DNA from: a virus
Length of the DNA stretch: 49,092 nt
Virus record (IMG/VR): IMGVR_UViG_3300045988_095634
Direction: 5' to 3' (one strand)
Of the stretch, positions 15,347-24,830 are shown one piece after another. The notes under the pieces are model-generated. The model was given only the letters and a program-made list of their open reading frames with translations, searched no databases and had not been told where the DNA came from. A program made the translations under genes and the position numbers. Positions within the stretch are counted from its first letter, which is position 1, and the number at the start of each line of letters is the position of its first letter.

Positions 15347-15998
15347 CATCAACCTCGAGACTCTCGCCGGCGGTGCTTTTGCTGAAAAGCTCAACGAGGC
15401 ACTCATGCAGGTGGCCGAGAACATTCAGAACCCGAACACAGAGGCAACCACCAAGAGACAGATCCAGATCACACTCAAATTTGCACCGAACAAAACGAGA
15501 CAGCTCGTAAGCACCCAGATCGCCGTCACGACCAAGCTCGCAGCAACCGAAGCAATCGACACCCAAATGATTATGGGCGTGAATATGAGAACCGGCCAGA
15601 TTGAGATCGCAGAATATGACGGCCAGATCCGCGGCCAAATGTCATTTAACGACCTGCAGGCTCAGGAGCAGCCAGCAGAACCGGCTCAGGCTACCGCTCC
15701 CGCTGCTAATGAGGCACAGCCGGCAGCAGGCGCAATAGAACAGCAGCCAGCACCAACCGGCAAGCCTCTGGACCTGAAAAACAGAAATAAAAAGCCGGCA
15801 GAGGTTCCGACCGATCAGGCGCAGGAAAAGGCAGAGGCGGTAGCAGGCGAACTCGTACCGGGCAGAGACTTTGATCCTGAGACGGGCGAGGTATTTGAGA
15901 ACGGTCGCCCGCCGGTCGACCAGCCGACAACCGCAGAACAGCCGAAAAATAACCAGCACAAAGTCATTACAATGGGCCAAAAGGCCGTAAACGCATAA
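15321..15998 (+). CDS. Hypothetical protein with a Pro/Ala/Gln-rich C-terminal half
   Basis: AAGGAGG ribosome binding site. 225 aa. No motif recognised. Confidence 0.6.
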   Translation: MKKTSVQSNINLETLAGGAFAEKLNEALMQVAENIQNPNTEATTKRQIQITLKFAPNKTRQLVSTQIAVTTKLAATEAIDTQMIMGVNMRTGQIEIAEYDGQIRGQMSFNDLQAQEQPAEPAQATAPAANEAQPAAGAIEQQPAPTGKPLDLKNRNKKPAEVPTDQAQEKAEAVAGELVPGRDFDPETGEVFENGRPPVDQPTTAEQPKNNQHKVITMGQKAVNA

Positions 15999-16011
15999 GG
16001 AGGACGAAACA

Positions 16012-16755
16012 ATGGAAGGAATAAAGGAAGCTATCGCATTTATCACAGGACTGGCAGTAAAAGCCGAGGATCCGAAAACTGTCAACATTAACGGCAAGAC
16101 ATACTGCACAAAGGATCTTGTAAGATATGACGCACCTGATAAGGCGGCGCCTATCTCTGCGACCACTCTCACCTCACTGGTGGACTACATCAAAGAAAAC
16201 CGCGAAGAATTGCGCGATCGTATGATTATTCAGGTAGTAAACGAAACAAAGGTACTTTTATACTCTGGCCTGCTTGCTGAGCGCGACCGTGAGACGCTTT
16301 TCGAGGTCAACGCCCTGCTGCCTCGTTTTGAATATGGCAGAGAATACGATCAGGAGAGCTTTCTCATTTCTATGCAGTCATGCTTCAAGGAAAGCGACGA
16401 CCGCGAAGCTGTCACCATGCTGGCAAGCAATATCGTAAACACTCAGGAGGCTACCTTCTCAGACAACGGCACAACCCAGCAGGCAGTTATGAAAACCGGA
16501 ATAACCACGAAGGACAACGTGCTCGTACCGAACCCGGTAAACCTGATCCCGTACCGCACATTTTTGGAAGTTGAGCAGCCGGCCAGTGACTTTGTTTTCA
16601 GAGTAAGCGAAGGCAGAGGCGGCGCTCCGGTATTCAAGCTCGTGGCTGCTGACGGCGGCGTCTGGAAGTCTCAGGCGGTAGCAAATGTCAAGGCGTACCT
16701 CGTGGAAGCGCTCAAAGACATACCAGACAGAGACAAGATCACAATCATTGCATAA
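16012..16755 (+). CDS. Hypothetical protein
   Basis: AAGGAGG ribosome binding site. 247 aa. No motif recognised. Confidence 0.6.
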   Translation: MEGIKEAIAFITGLAVKAEDPKTVNINGKTYCTKDLVRYDAPDKAAPISATTLTSLVDYIKENREELRDRMIIQVVNETKVLLYSGLLAERDRETLFEVNALLPRFEYGREYDQESFLISMQSCFKESDDREAVTMLASNIVNTQEATFSDNGTTQQAVMKTGITTKDNVLVPNPVNLIPYRTFLEVEQPASDFVFRVSEGRGGAPVFKLVAADGGVWKSQAVANVKAYLVEALKDIPDRDKITIIA

Positions 16756-16827
16756 TGTCACCGACACAAATGTCGGGATCATCAAGGGAGGGCCCGCTGC
16801 CCTCCCACATATTGCAGGAGGTTATTC

Positions 16828-17205
16828 ATGGAATTATTAAAAAGCCCATTCTTAAACGATCCGAGCAGCCTTGTGGCTCAGGCTTTTGCTGAAATTTACC
16901 CGGGTACGGAATACGAGGCCATACTGGTTGATAAAATCACCACAGAGGACGGCACAGAAATGGTCGGTTGTACCACATTCCCGGACGACGGCACTCTCCC
17001 GCTCATAGAGGTGGCCGGACATATCCAGGCAGAGGCAGTCCCGGAGATACTGGCGCATGAGCTGGCTCATATCGTAACCGTAGGCGACGAGCACGGGCCG
17101 GAATGGAAAAAAGCCTTCGAGGCTATTTACAGCAAATACAACGAGCTCGCGATCGCTCGTTTTGGAACTCAGGAACCGGAAGAAAACCAGAAGGGAGGCG
17201 ATTAA
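16828..17205 (+). CDS. HExxH metallopeptidase-like (SprT-like) protein
   Basis: ILAHELAHIVTVGDEHGPEW contains HExxH plus a downstream His. Confidence 0.55.
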   Translation: MELLKSPFLNDPSSLVAQAFAEIYPGTEYEAILVDKITTEDGTEMVGCTTFPDDGTLPLIEVAGHIQAEAVPEILAHELAHIVTVGDEHGPEWKKAFEAIYSKYNELAIARFGTQEPEENQKGGD

Positions 17206-18648
17206 GTGGCGAAATCAAAGAAAACGCTCGAAATCACCCAGACAAAGACGAAGGCCAACCGTCAGGAGATACAGATCAACGACATGGACTACACCACCAG
17301 CGCTGAGCCGAAAGCGTTCGCAGACGGCCGGCCGGTTTTTTGCGCACATGACAAAATTGTGCCGATAAAGGAACTTAGAGAAAACCCTCTAAACCCAAAT
17401 AAGCACCCGGACGATCAGATCAGAGCCCTCGCTGCTATCATCAAGGCAACCGGCTGGAGGCAGCCGATCACCGTGAGCACCCGATCGGGCCTGATCGTAA
17501 AGGGTCACGGCAGACTCGCGGCGGCAAAGTATGGAAAATTCAAAGAGGCTCCAGTCGACTATCAGAATTATGCCAGCGAGGAGGAAGAACTGGCCGACCT
17601 CATGGCAGACAACCGGATCGCGGAGCTTGCGGAAATCGACAGCGTGAAACTGGCCGAGGCTTTTGAGGCGGTAGACACCGGGGCGATCCCGTTTGAAATG
17701 ACCGGCTACGAGGAGTCATTTTATCAGGAACTTGCGACAGCTCTATGCGAAGCGGATCACGACAAGGAGGAGGCAGACGACGACACCGTACTCCCACCAC
17801 CGGAGGAACCAGTCAGCAAGCTGGGGGACGTGTGGATCCTCGGCCGCCATAGACTCATGTGCGGAAACTCCACCAACACAAAGGACCGCGAGGAACTGCT
17901 GGCGGGAGCAGAACCGGAGCTCATGCTCACAGATCCCCCGTATTGCAGCGGAGGCCACCAAGAGAGCGGAAAGTCTACCGGAAGTATCGGAACCGTAAGA
18001 AAAGGCCAGACAGACGCGCCGAAGATCGCAAACGACATACTCAGCACCCGCGGTTATATTAAATTATTAACCGCAGCCTTCGAGGGTATCACTCCTCTAT
18101 TTGCTTATGTGTTCACCGACTGGCGCATGTGGATCTATTTGTATGACATAATCGAGAAATCGGGCTTCGGAGTCCGTTCGATGATCGTATGGGATAAAGA
18201 GACACCCGGCATGGGTGTCGGCTGGAGAAGCCAGCACGAGCTCTGTCTGTTCGGCAGCAGAGGCAAGGCGAAATTTGACGGCCACAAAGGCTACGGCAAT
18301 GTTTTGAGGTGCAGCAGGTCCGGGAATGAGTTACACCCGACACAGAAGCCCGTCGAGCTTATGGAAATGATACTCGACAACATGGATTTTGTAAAAACGG
18401 TTTACGATCCGTTCGGAGGCAGCGGGACCACTCTCGCGGCAGCAGAAAAGACCGGCCACACCGCCTATCTCATGGAATTAACGCCGGGCTATACCGACGT
18501 AATTGTAAAGCGGTATTTCAGGATCACCGGCAACAAGGACCAGATCCAGCTCATAAGAGACGGAGCCCCAGCAGATCCGGCAGTATACGCCGAGATTTTC
18601 GACGATGTAGGCATAAGCTCAGAATACAAGGAAGGAGAATATGAATAA
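17206..18648 (+). CDS. ParB-like nuclease domain fused to an N6A/N4C DNA methyltransferase
   Basis: N-terminal ParB-N pattern (NPLNPNKH...GHGRLAAA). Catalytic LTDPPY and C-terminal SAM motif DPFGGSGTT, the beta-class order. Confidence 0.85.
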   Translation: MAKSKKTLEITQTKTKANRQEIQINDMDYTTSAEPKAFADGRPVFCAHDKIVPIKELRENPLNPNKHPDDQIRALAAIIKATGWRQPITVSTRSGLIVKGHGRLAAAKYGKFKEAPVDYQNYASEEEELADLMADNRIAELAEIDSVKLAEAFEAVDTGAIPFEMTGYEESFYQELATALCEADHDKEEADDDTVLPPPEEPVSKLGDVWILGRHRLMCGNSTNTKDREELLAGAEPELMLTDPPYCSGGHQESGKSTGSIGTVRKGQTDAPKIANDILSTRGYIKLLTAAFEGITPLFAYVFTDWRMWIYLYDIIEKSGFGVRSMIVWDKETPGMGVGWRSQHELCLFGSRGKAKFDGHKGYGNVLRCSRSGNELHPTQKPVELMEMILDNMDFVKTVYDPFGGSGTTLAAAEKTGHTAYLMELTPGYTDVIVKRYFRITGNKDQIQLIRDGAPADPAVYAEIFDDVGISSEYKEGEYE

Positions 18649-19200
18649 ATGGCAAAACAGAAAAAACCAAGCATACCGCCAGAGATCAAAAGCTACATAG
18701 ACGAGGTGGCGAAAAAAACCGCGGCAGCAGTCTCAGACGCATACAAGCCGTTGCAGCAGCCGCAGAACGCAAAGGCAGCGTTTAAAAACACCGAGGCTCG
18801 TCTCTATGCCCTCCCGGTGCTGAAGGTCAAGATTAAGGACGACGAGGAAAAGATCGAGGAGCTGAGAACCTACGGAACCCCAGCGAGAAGCAAGTCGATC
18901 ACCAGATTTTCAAAGAGTAGCACCCGCATGGATCCAGAGGAGGCTCTCGAGGCCATTATCAAAGACAAGCAGGCCTGCATTGAGTCGGATCAGCACGAAG
19001 TCGATGTTCTCGAGGAGGCTCTCGAAATCATCAAACCAGATCCGTATTATGAGTCAGTAAGCGGCCGCTACTTCGAGGGACTTGACAACGAGACCATTGC
19101 TGAGTCACTGGGCTGCGACGCGACAACCGTCTGGAGGAACCGCCAGCGCCTTATTAAGAGCCTCTCCGTCCGTTTATATGGCACGGCCGCCATTGATTAG
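18649..19200 (+). CDS. Late-gene transcriptional regulator (sigma region-4-like / RinA-ArpU-like)
   Basis: C-terminal HTH YFEGLDNETIAESLGCDATTVWRNRQRLIKSL. Last gene before the late promoter and packaging genes. Confidence 0.6.
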   Translation: MAKQKKPSIPPEIKSYIDEVAKKTAAAVSDAYKPLQQPQNAKAAFKNTEARLYALPVLKVKIKDDEEKIEELRTYGTPARSKSITRFSKSSTRMDPEEALEAIIKDKQACIESDQHEVDVLEEALEIIKPDPYYESVSGRYFEGLDNETIAESLGCDATTVWRNRQRLIKSLSVRLYGTAAID

Positions 19201-19224
19201 CCGCCGCCGGCAGCAGGCTGAGCG

Positions 19225-19282
19225 TGCAATTTACCGGTGCAAAAAAGATGCAATTTACTTTGAAATTGAGCCGTGTTATAAT
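19225..19282 (+). promoter_or_regulatory. Candidate late promoter with two TGCAATTTAC direct repeats
   Basis: TGCAATTTAC at 19225-19234 and 19249-19258. The second overlaps a TTTACT -35, followed by an extended -10 TGTTATAAT (19274-19282). Confidence 0.5.
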
Positions 19283-19308
19283 TTTTACAATGCAATAAAT
19301 GGGTAAAG

Positions 19309-19340
19309 AAACCGCGCGAGAAAATCGGGCGGTTTTCTGC
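19309..19340 (+). terminator. Promoter-proximal hairpin with a T-run
   Basis: AAACCGC-13 nt loop-GCGGTTT followed by TTTTCTGC, about 30 nt after the -10 and 35 nt before the next ATG. Confidence 0.4.
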
Positions 19341-19373
19341 TGCCGTTTTCAGGCTGAGAGGAGGCGATCACAC

Positions 19374-19985
19374 ATGGCAGCCACCAGAGGAACAACCACT
19401 TGTATGCTGTCAAATTATGAGGAGCTCGTCAAAACGCTGGACAATATTGCAGGGGTAGACGCTGAAAAGGTAATAAAGAAATGCACCTCAGACGCAAAGA
19501 GCCGAGCGCAGGCGTGGGTATCTGCTGCCGTGTGCGAGGTTTACGCTATCAAGAAGGCTGACGTAAAGGCGGCGCTTGACGGCAAAGGAAAAGGCGGCGG
19601 CCAGCTCAAAGTCGAGGGCAACCTCGTCGAGTCCGTTGTATTAACATACAAGGGCCGAGTCCTGACTCCGACGCATTTCAAAATGAAGCCCACCCAGCGG
19701 AAGCCGAAGCCATACCGAGTAAGTCAGGAAGTATTCAAGGGCCAGCGGAAGAACATGCCGGCCGGCGTATTCCTTGCCAGCTCAGGAGGCGAGGGCTCTA
19801 CACAGATACCATTCCAGAGGGAAAGCGAAAGCCGCTACCCTATCAAGAGCATAAAGACATTGAGTGTGCCGCAGATGATTGAAAACGAAAAGGTGCAGCC
19901 ACTCATACAGCAGAACATTGACGAGGGCCTCAGCAAGCGACTGGAGAACCACGTCAAGCAAATGCTCGCCAAAGCTCAGGGGTGA
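19374..19985 (+). CDS. Hypothetical protein (first late-operon gene)
   Basis: ATG preceded by GAGGAGG. The same 22-nt initiation region (AGGAGGCGATCACACATGGCAG) recurs at 35220. Confidence 0.6.
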   Translation: MAATRGTTTCMLSNYEELVKTLDNIAGVDAEKVIKKCTSDAKSRAQAWVSAAVCEVYAIKKADVKAALDGKGKGGGQLKVEGNLVESVVLTYKGRVLTPTHFKMKPTQRKPKPYRVSQEVFKGQRKNMPAGVFLASSGGEGSTQIPFQRESESRYPIKSIKTLSVPQMIENEKVQPLIQQNIDEGLSKRLENHVKQMLAKAQG

Positions 19986-19989
19986 GCTC

Positions 19990-20330
19990 TACGGGGCACA
20001 CACGCAGCCACACGGGCACCATACACCACCAGAGAACCAGAGGCCACCACTCCACACCATGCGAGCGGCTGGCCTCTTTCTATATGCTCAGCACTCTAAG
20101 ACTGAGCCACCACATCAGGCGCGGCAAGCTGGCCCGGACATGGACCACACCCAAAGGCCACGCCACACCAGAGGCGCAGCCCCGGCAGCAGGCCCGGGCA
20201 AGCCGAGGCAAGTCACCACTCGCGCGCCGAGTCGGCGCACCAACACCGCAGAGAAACGCAAGCGAAAAAAGAACACGAACGCCGGGCACCCGGCAAAAGA
20301 AAATAAAAAATTTCAATAGGTTCTTCTGAG
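19990..20330 (+). other. T-poor, C/A-rich non-coding tract with CCACAC-like repeats (candidate cos / terminase recognition region)
   Basis: Repeated GCCACAC, CCACACC and CCACCAC motifs. Very few T on the plus strand. Lies immediately upstream of the small terminase of a GpA (lambda-type) terminase. Confidence 0.45.
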
Positions 20331-20425
20331 CGAATTTTTTCCCTGCGGTGCTTGCGAGCCCAAAAACTTGCTAGACTCATAGAAAAATTTTAGGCCGTTT
20401 CGTTACGCCGGGAAGGAGGCAAGGC

Positions 20426-21016
20426 ATGGCAACACCACGAAAAGAAAAACCGGCCGAGACTCCGGGCTACTGGCCGACAACCAAAATGGCCGAACTGTTT
20501 GAGCTGACTGCCCGGAGGATCCAGCAGCTCACACAAGACGGAGTTCTGAAAACTCGCGATACACCGGCAGGCCGCCGGTACAATGTCGGCGAGGCAACGA
20601 AGGACTACATCAAATACCTGCGCACGCAGCTCGATCGCAAAGCGTCAGCTCAAAACGATAAGCTGGAGACCGACAAGCTGCAGGCTGAGGTAGATATAAA
20701 AAGCGCAAAGGCCAGAGTCGCAGAGCTCCAGCTCGCCGAACTCGAAGGAACCATGCACAGAGCTGAGGACGTCGAAGCTATCACGACGGACCTCGTTTTT
20801 AATATCCGCAGCATGTTAATGGCTATGCCGGGACGGCTTGCGGTTGATACCGCGGAGCTTGCAAGTCCGGCCGAAACTTCTGCCAGAATACAAGCAGAGG
20901 TAAACGAGATCCTTCTGTCACTCTCCCAGTACCACTACGATCCAGAGGAGTATAAAAAGCGGGTAAAGGATCGGCAGGGCTGGGCTATGATCGAGGACGA
21001 TGAGCAGGCAGAATGA
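20426..21016 (+). CDS. Terminase small subunit
   Basis: N-terminal HTH-like segment TTKMAELFELTARRIQQLTQDGVL followed by a coiled coil. Directly precedes and overlaps the large terminase. Confidence 0.75.
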   Translation: MATPRKEKPAETPGYWPTTKMAELFELTARRIQQLTQDGVLKTRDTPAGRRYNVGEATKDYIKYLRTQLDRKASAQNDKLETDKLQAEVDIKSAKARVAELQLAELEGTMHRAEDVEAITTDLVFNIRSMLMAMPGRLAVDTAELASPAETSARIQAEVNEILLSLSQYHYDPEEYKKRVKDRQGWAMIEDDEQAE

Positions 21017-22892
21017 AATTGACAGCTTAAACAATACGTTCATTCGAGCTGTTAAGAATTTCAAACCACCCGAGCGCCTCACAGTGTCCCAGTGGGCTGA
21101 GAAAAACCGCCGCTTATCTCCTGAAAGCTCAGCAGAGGCAGGCCCGTGGAGGAATGAGCGAACACCGTACCTTGTCGACATAATGGACGCCTTCACGGAT
21201 CCCAAAGTCAACAAGCTAACCGTTGTAGCTGCCTCTCAGGTTGGAAAATCTGAGGTAGAGCTCAATATAATCGGCTACATAATAGATCAGGATCCGGGAT
21301 CTACGATTTATGTGCAGCCTACTCTCGACGACGCCCGGAAGTTCTCGCGCTTGCGTATTGCTCCGATGATAAGAGACTCGAAGCCGCTGAGGAAAAAGGT
21401 CTCAGACGTCAAAACGAGAGACTCCGGCAATACAATATTGCAGAAATCTTTCCCGGGCGGCATGTTGACGATCACCGGTTCCAACAGTCCGAGCGCCCTC
21501 GCTTCTACTCCGGCCCGCTACATCATCGGAGACGAGCGCGACCGCTGGGCGTCCAGCGCAGGAACTGAGGGCGATCCGTGGGCTCTTGCAGAAGCGAGAC
21601 AGACAACCTTCTACAACGCGAAGTCGATCGAGGTATCAACCCCGACGATTAAGGGAGCCAGCAACATTGAGAACGGATTTTTCGCCGGTACTCAGGAGCG
21701 CTGGTGTCATAAGTGCCCGGATTGCGGGGAGTATCACAATATTGTTTTCGACAATATCCATTTTGAGCATGAAGTCAAAAAGGTACGAAATAAAAAGACC
21801 TACAAGGTCAAGTCGATAACATGGGTGTGCCCGAGCTGCGGCTGTATTCAGACAGAAGCAACCATGAAAAAGCAGCCGGCGAAATGGATTGCCGAGAACC
21901 CGGACGCATATCTAAAAGGGCACCGCTCTTTCTGGCTTAACGCTTTTTCGTCTCCGTGGACTCCGTGGGAGAAAATCGTCACGAAGTTCCTCGAAGCTCA
22001 GGGCGATCCTGAAAAATTGAAGGTTGTATTCAACACCCTACTCGGTGAGTTATGGGAGGATCGCGGAGATTTAGAGGACGAGGACGCAATGCTCAGCCGG
22101 CGCGAACAATACGACGCCGAGCTCCCTGACGACGTTCTGGTGCTGACCGTCGGAGTTGACACTCAGGACAACCGCCTCGAGTATGAAGTGGTCGGGCATG
22201 GACTCTACGGCGAAACGTGGGGCATAAAAAAGGGAATTATCAACGGCCGGCCTGATACCTCAGAGGTATGGGCTCGACTCGACGATGTGATCGACCATGT
22301 TTACCGCTTCAAGAATGGCAAGGGTCTGAAGGTATCATTCACATGCGTGGACTCTGGCGGCCACTTTACGCAGGAGGTATACGCCGAGTGCAAGGCCCGA
22401 CAAAACAAGCGTGTTTTTGCCATAAAAGGAAAAGGCGGCGACGGCATACCATACACCGCCCCACCTTCAAAGGTGAAGATCGTCATAGACGGCAAGCTGA
22501 TCGGCAAGTGCTGGCTCTACACTCTGGGAGTAGACGCTGGAAAAAGTAAAATAATGAACGCCATTAAAGTGCAAGAAAAGGGAGCCAAATACTGCCACTT
22601 TCCACTCGGAGAGGATCGCGGTTATGACTCTCTTTTCTTTTCTGGCTTGCTATCTGAAAAGCTGTCGCTCGTCCGAACCAGACGCGGCGACAAATGGCAA
22701 TGGGAGAAGCTGCCGGGACATAACCGCAACGAGGCTCTCGACTGCCGCAACTATGCAATGGCAGCCTTCAGAATACTGGATCCAGATCTCACGGCAGTAG
22801 AAAGGCGCCTCAAAGGCCAACCGCTGAAAACCGTCGAGAAAAAAGAAAAGAAAAAACGCTCCAGCGGCTCGAAGCTGTACGACGACTGGTAA
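21000..22892 (+). CDS. Terminase large subunit, GpA (lambda) family
   Basis: GPWRNERTPYLVDIMDAF...VVAASQVGKSE Walker-A-like region typical of GpA. 630 aa. Confidence 0.88.
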   Translation: MSRQNEIDSLNNTFIRAVKNFKPPERLTVSQWAEKNRRLSPESSAEAGPWRNERTPYLVDIMDAFTDPKVNKLTVVAASQVGKSEVELNIIGYIIDQDPGSTIYVQPTLDDARKFSRLRIAPMIRDSKPLRKKVSDVKTRDSGNTILQKSFPGGMLTITGSNSPSALASTPARYIIGDERDRWASSAGTEGDPWALAEARQTTFYNAKSIEVSTPTIKGASNIENGFFAGTQERWCHKCPDCGEYHNIVFDNIHFEHEVKKVRNKKTYKVKSITWVCPSCGCIQTEATMKKQPAKWIAENPDAYLKGHRSFWLNAFSSPWTPWEKIVTKFLEAQGDPEKLKVVFNTLLGELWEDRGDLEDEDAMLSRREQYDAELPDDVLVLTVGVDTQDNRLEYEVVGHGLYGETWGIKKGIINGRPDTSEVWARLDDVIDHVYRFKNGKGLKVSFTCVDSGGHFTQEVYAECKARQNKRVFAIKGKGGDGIPYTAPPSKVKIVIDGKLIGKCWLYTLGVDAGKSKIMNAIKVQEKGAKYCHFPLGEDRGYDSLFFSGLLSEKLSLVRTRRGDKWQWEKLPGHNRNEALDCRNYAMAAFRILDPDLTAVERRLKGQPLKTVEKKEKKKRSSGSKLYDDW

Positions 22893-22903
22893 GGAGGTGA
22901 ACC

Positions 22904-23152
22904 ATGAGACAGCAACAAAAGGCTGAAAAAATCAGCAAATTAAAGACTCGCCTCGAGCTTTACTATAAGCGCGAGGAGGAAATGCTCAGCGGCGGCGTTC
23001 AGTCCTATGGTATAGGAACACGAAACGCCACCAGATACCAGACAGATCTCTCAGCTATCCGCAAAGCAATCAAGGAAATGGAGGACGAGATCGCGTCGCT
23101 CGAAAACAAATCACAGCGCAGGGCCGTCGGAGTCGTCCCTCGCGACTGGTAA
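22904..23152 (+). CDS. gpW-like head-tail joining protein
   Basis: 82-aa ORF between the GpA terminase and the lambda-type portal, as in lambda (A-W-B order). Confidence 0.55.
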   Translation: MRQQQKAEKISKLKTRLELYYKREEEMLSGGVQSYGIGTRNATRYQTDLSAIRKAIKEMEDEIASLENKSQRRAVGVVPRDW

Positions 23153-23165
23153 GGAGGCGAAAACC

Positions 23166-24830
23166 ATGCAGCAAATAACTCCAAGCAAAACACAAGGGCC
23201 ACCTGCTCAGGCGGCAACACCCGAAGCCCGTCCGGGATCAGCAGCCCCGCGAGCTTCAAACTATGGATATTCAGAGGCCGGCGCAAGCTGGAAGAAAAAG
23301 GCGCTGAAAAGTTTCAAAGCAAGCAGCTCCTCCCCTCAATGGGATATAGACCACAACAACGACACGCTAAGGCAGCGCGCTCGTATGCTGTATATGGCCG
23401 CGCCGGTTGCTACTTCTGCCATTAAAACCAACCGCACAAACGTCATAGGCTGCGGCCTGAAATTAAATAGCCGCATAGACGCCGAACGTCTGGGAATGTC
23501 TCAGGAAGCCGCAAAGGAATGGCAGAAAAAAACAGAGGCCGAGTTCAAGATCTGGGCCGAAAAGAAAAACGCCTGCGACGCTACCGGAGTAAATGACTAT
23601 TACGCCATGCAGCAGCTCGCGCTTATGAGCTGGCTAATGAGCGGCGATGTGTTCGGACTCATTAAGCGAGTCGATCCGACTCCTATGTGCCCGTACTCTC
23701 TCAGGATCCAGCTCGTAGAGGCTGACCGTTGCAGCACCCCACTGATTAACTCGGGGTACTACTGCTTTTCTACCGAAGGCAAAGCCAAAAACGGGAACCG
23801 GATCTTTGACGGTGTAGAGATTAACAACAACGGAATGATACAAGCGTATTATTTCCGCAACACCTATCCGCATATTATCGCGACGGCCGAAACCGAATGG
23901 ACCAGAGTCGAGGCATACGGTGAAAAAACCGGGCTTCCTAATGTCCTGCATGTTATGGAGTCTGAAAGACCTGAGCAATACAGAGGCGTCACATATCTGG
24001 CGCAGATCATTGAACCGCTCCTGCAAATGAGACGCTACACAGAGGGCGAGCTCATGGCCGCCCTTGTCGAGAGCTTTTTCACGGCTTTTGTCACAACCGA
24101 CACCGGCGCCGATGAAATGCCGTTCAATGAAGTAAACGGCTCAGAGATAGAGCCTTCGGATCCTGACGATTACGAAATGGGCCCCGGAACAATTAACGTA
24201 ATGAAACCGGGAGAAGATATCAAGTTCGCAGCACCGACAAGACCGGCAAGCGGTTTTTCTGCTTTTATTAGAGCACTCTGCGAACAATGCGGCGCCGCGC
24301 TGGAGATCCCTGCCGATCTGCTCCTGAAATCGTTCAACGCCTCGTACTCAGCAAGTAGAGCCGCGCTGCTGGAAGCATGGAAAGCGTTCAAAATGCGCCG
24401 AGAGTGGTTTGCTAATGACTTTTGCAAACCCATTTACGAGATCTGGCTCTCTGAGGCCGTAGCTCTCGGACGTATTCAGGCGCCCGGCTTTTTCAGTGAT
24501 CCGCTCATTCGTGCAGCATGGCTCGGAAGTGACTGGATCGGACCGTCTCAGGGACAGCTCGATCCTACGAAAGAAATCAGCGCCGAGATCCTTGCAAACC
24601 AGCACGGGTACAGCACCCACGAACAGAGTACGATCCGCTTGAATGGCGGCCAGTGGGAAGCCAACATGAACCAGTTAAAACGCGAAAACGAAATGATCGC
24701 GGAAGCTAACGGCACCACCCCGGAGGCTCAGGCTGAGGCTACTCAGGCTATCGCCTCTCTTATACTTCAAAATTCATTAAAGGAGGATCAACAACATGCA
24801 AAAGCAGACAATCCCGCTGCGAGTTCTTAA
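23166..24830 (+). CDS. Portal protein, lambda family
   Basis: 554 aa, positioned after gpW-like and before the ClpP-like protease. General lambda gpB-like organisation. Confidence 0.8.
   Translation: MQQITPSKTQGPPAQAATPEARPGSAAPRASNYGYSEAGASWKKKALKSFKASSSSPQWDIDHNNDTLRQRARMLYMAAPVATSAIKTNRTNVIGCGLKLNSRIDAERLGMSQEAAKEWQKKTEAEFKIWAEKKNACDATGVNDYYAMQQLALMSWLMSGDVFGLIKRVDPTPMCPYSLRIQLVEADRCSTPLINSGYYCFSTEGKAKNGNRIFDGVEINNNGMIQAYYFRNTYPHIIATAETEWTRVEAYGEKTGLPNVLHVMESERPEQYRGVTYLAQIIEPLLQMRRYTEGELMAALVESFFTAFVTTDTGADEMPFNEVNGSEIEPSDPDDYEMGPGTINVMKPGEDIKFAAPTRPASGFSAFIRALCEQCGAALEIPADLLLKSFNASYSASRAALLEAWKAFKMRREWFANDFCKPIYEIWLSEAVALGRIQAPGFFSDPLIRAAWLGSDWIGPSQGQLDPTKEISAEILANQHGYSTHEQSTIRLNGGQWEANMNQLKRENEMIAEANGTTPEAQAEATQAIASLILQNSLKEDQQHAKADNPAASS

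Noticed and set aside
17206-17600. ParB domain as evidence for a plasmid-like partition system (phage-plasmid)
   Set aside because: The ParB-N-like domain is fused to a methyltransferase, a common phage architecture. There is no ParA or parS array, and a serine integrase plus repressor point to an integrative lifestyle.
19363-19384. Exact 22-nt duplicate AGGAGGCGATCACACATGGCAG at 19363 and 35220 (near copies at 35868 and 42160)
   Set aside because: It covers only the RBS, spacer and first codons of unrelated genes. It is most simply a favoured translation-initiation context rather than a mobile or regulatory repeat.
19879-20329. Long overlapping ORFs (146, 115 and 78 aa) in the region upstream of the small terminase
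   Set aside because: They exist because the tract is nearly T-free on the plus strand, so stop codons are rare. They lack ribosome binding sites and encode low-complexity Arg/His/Pro/Thr strings. They overlap each other in several frames.
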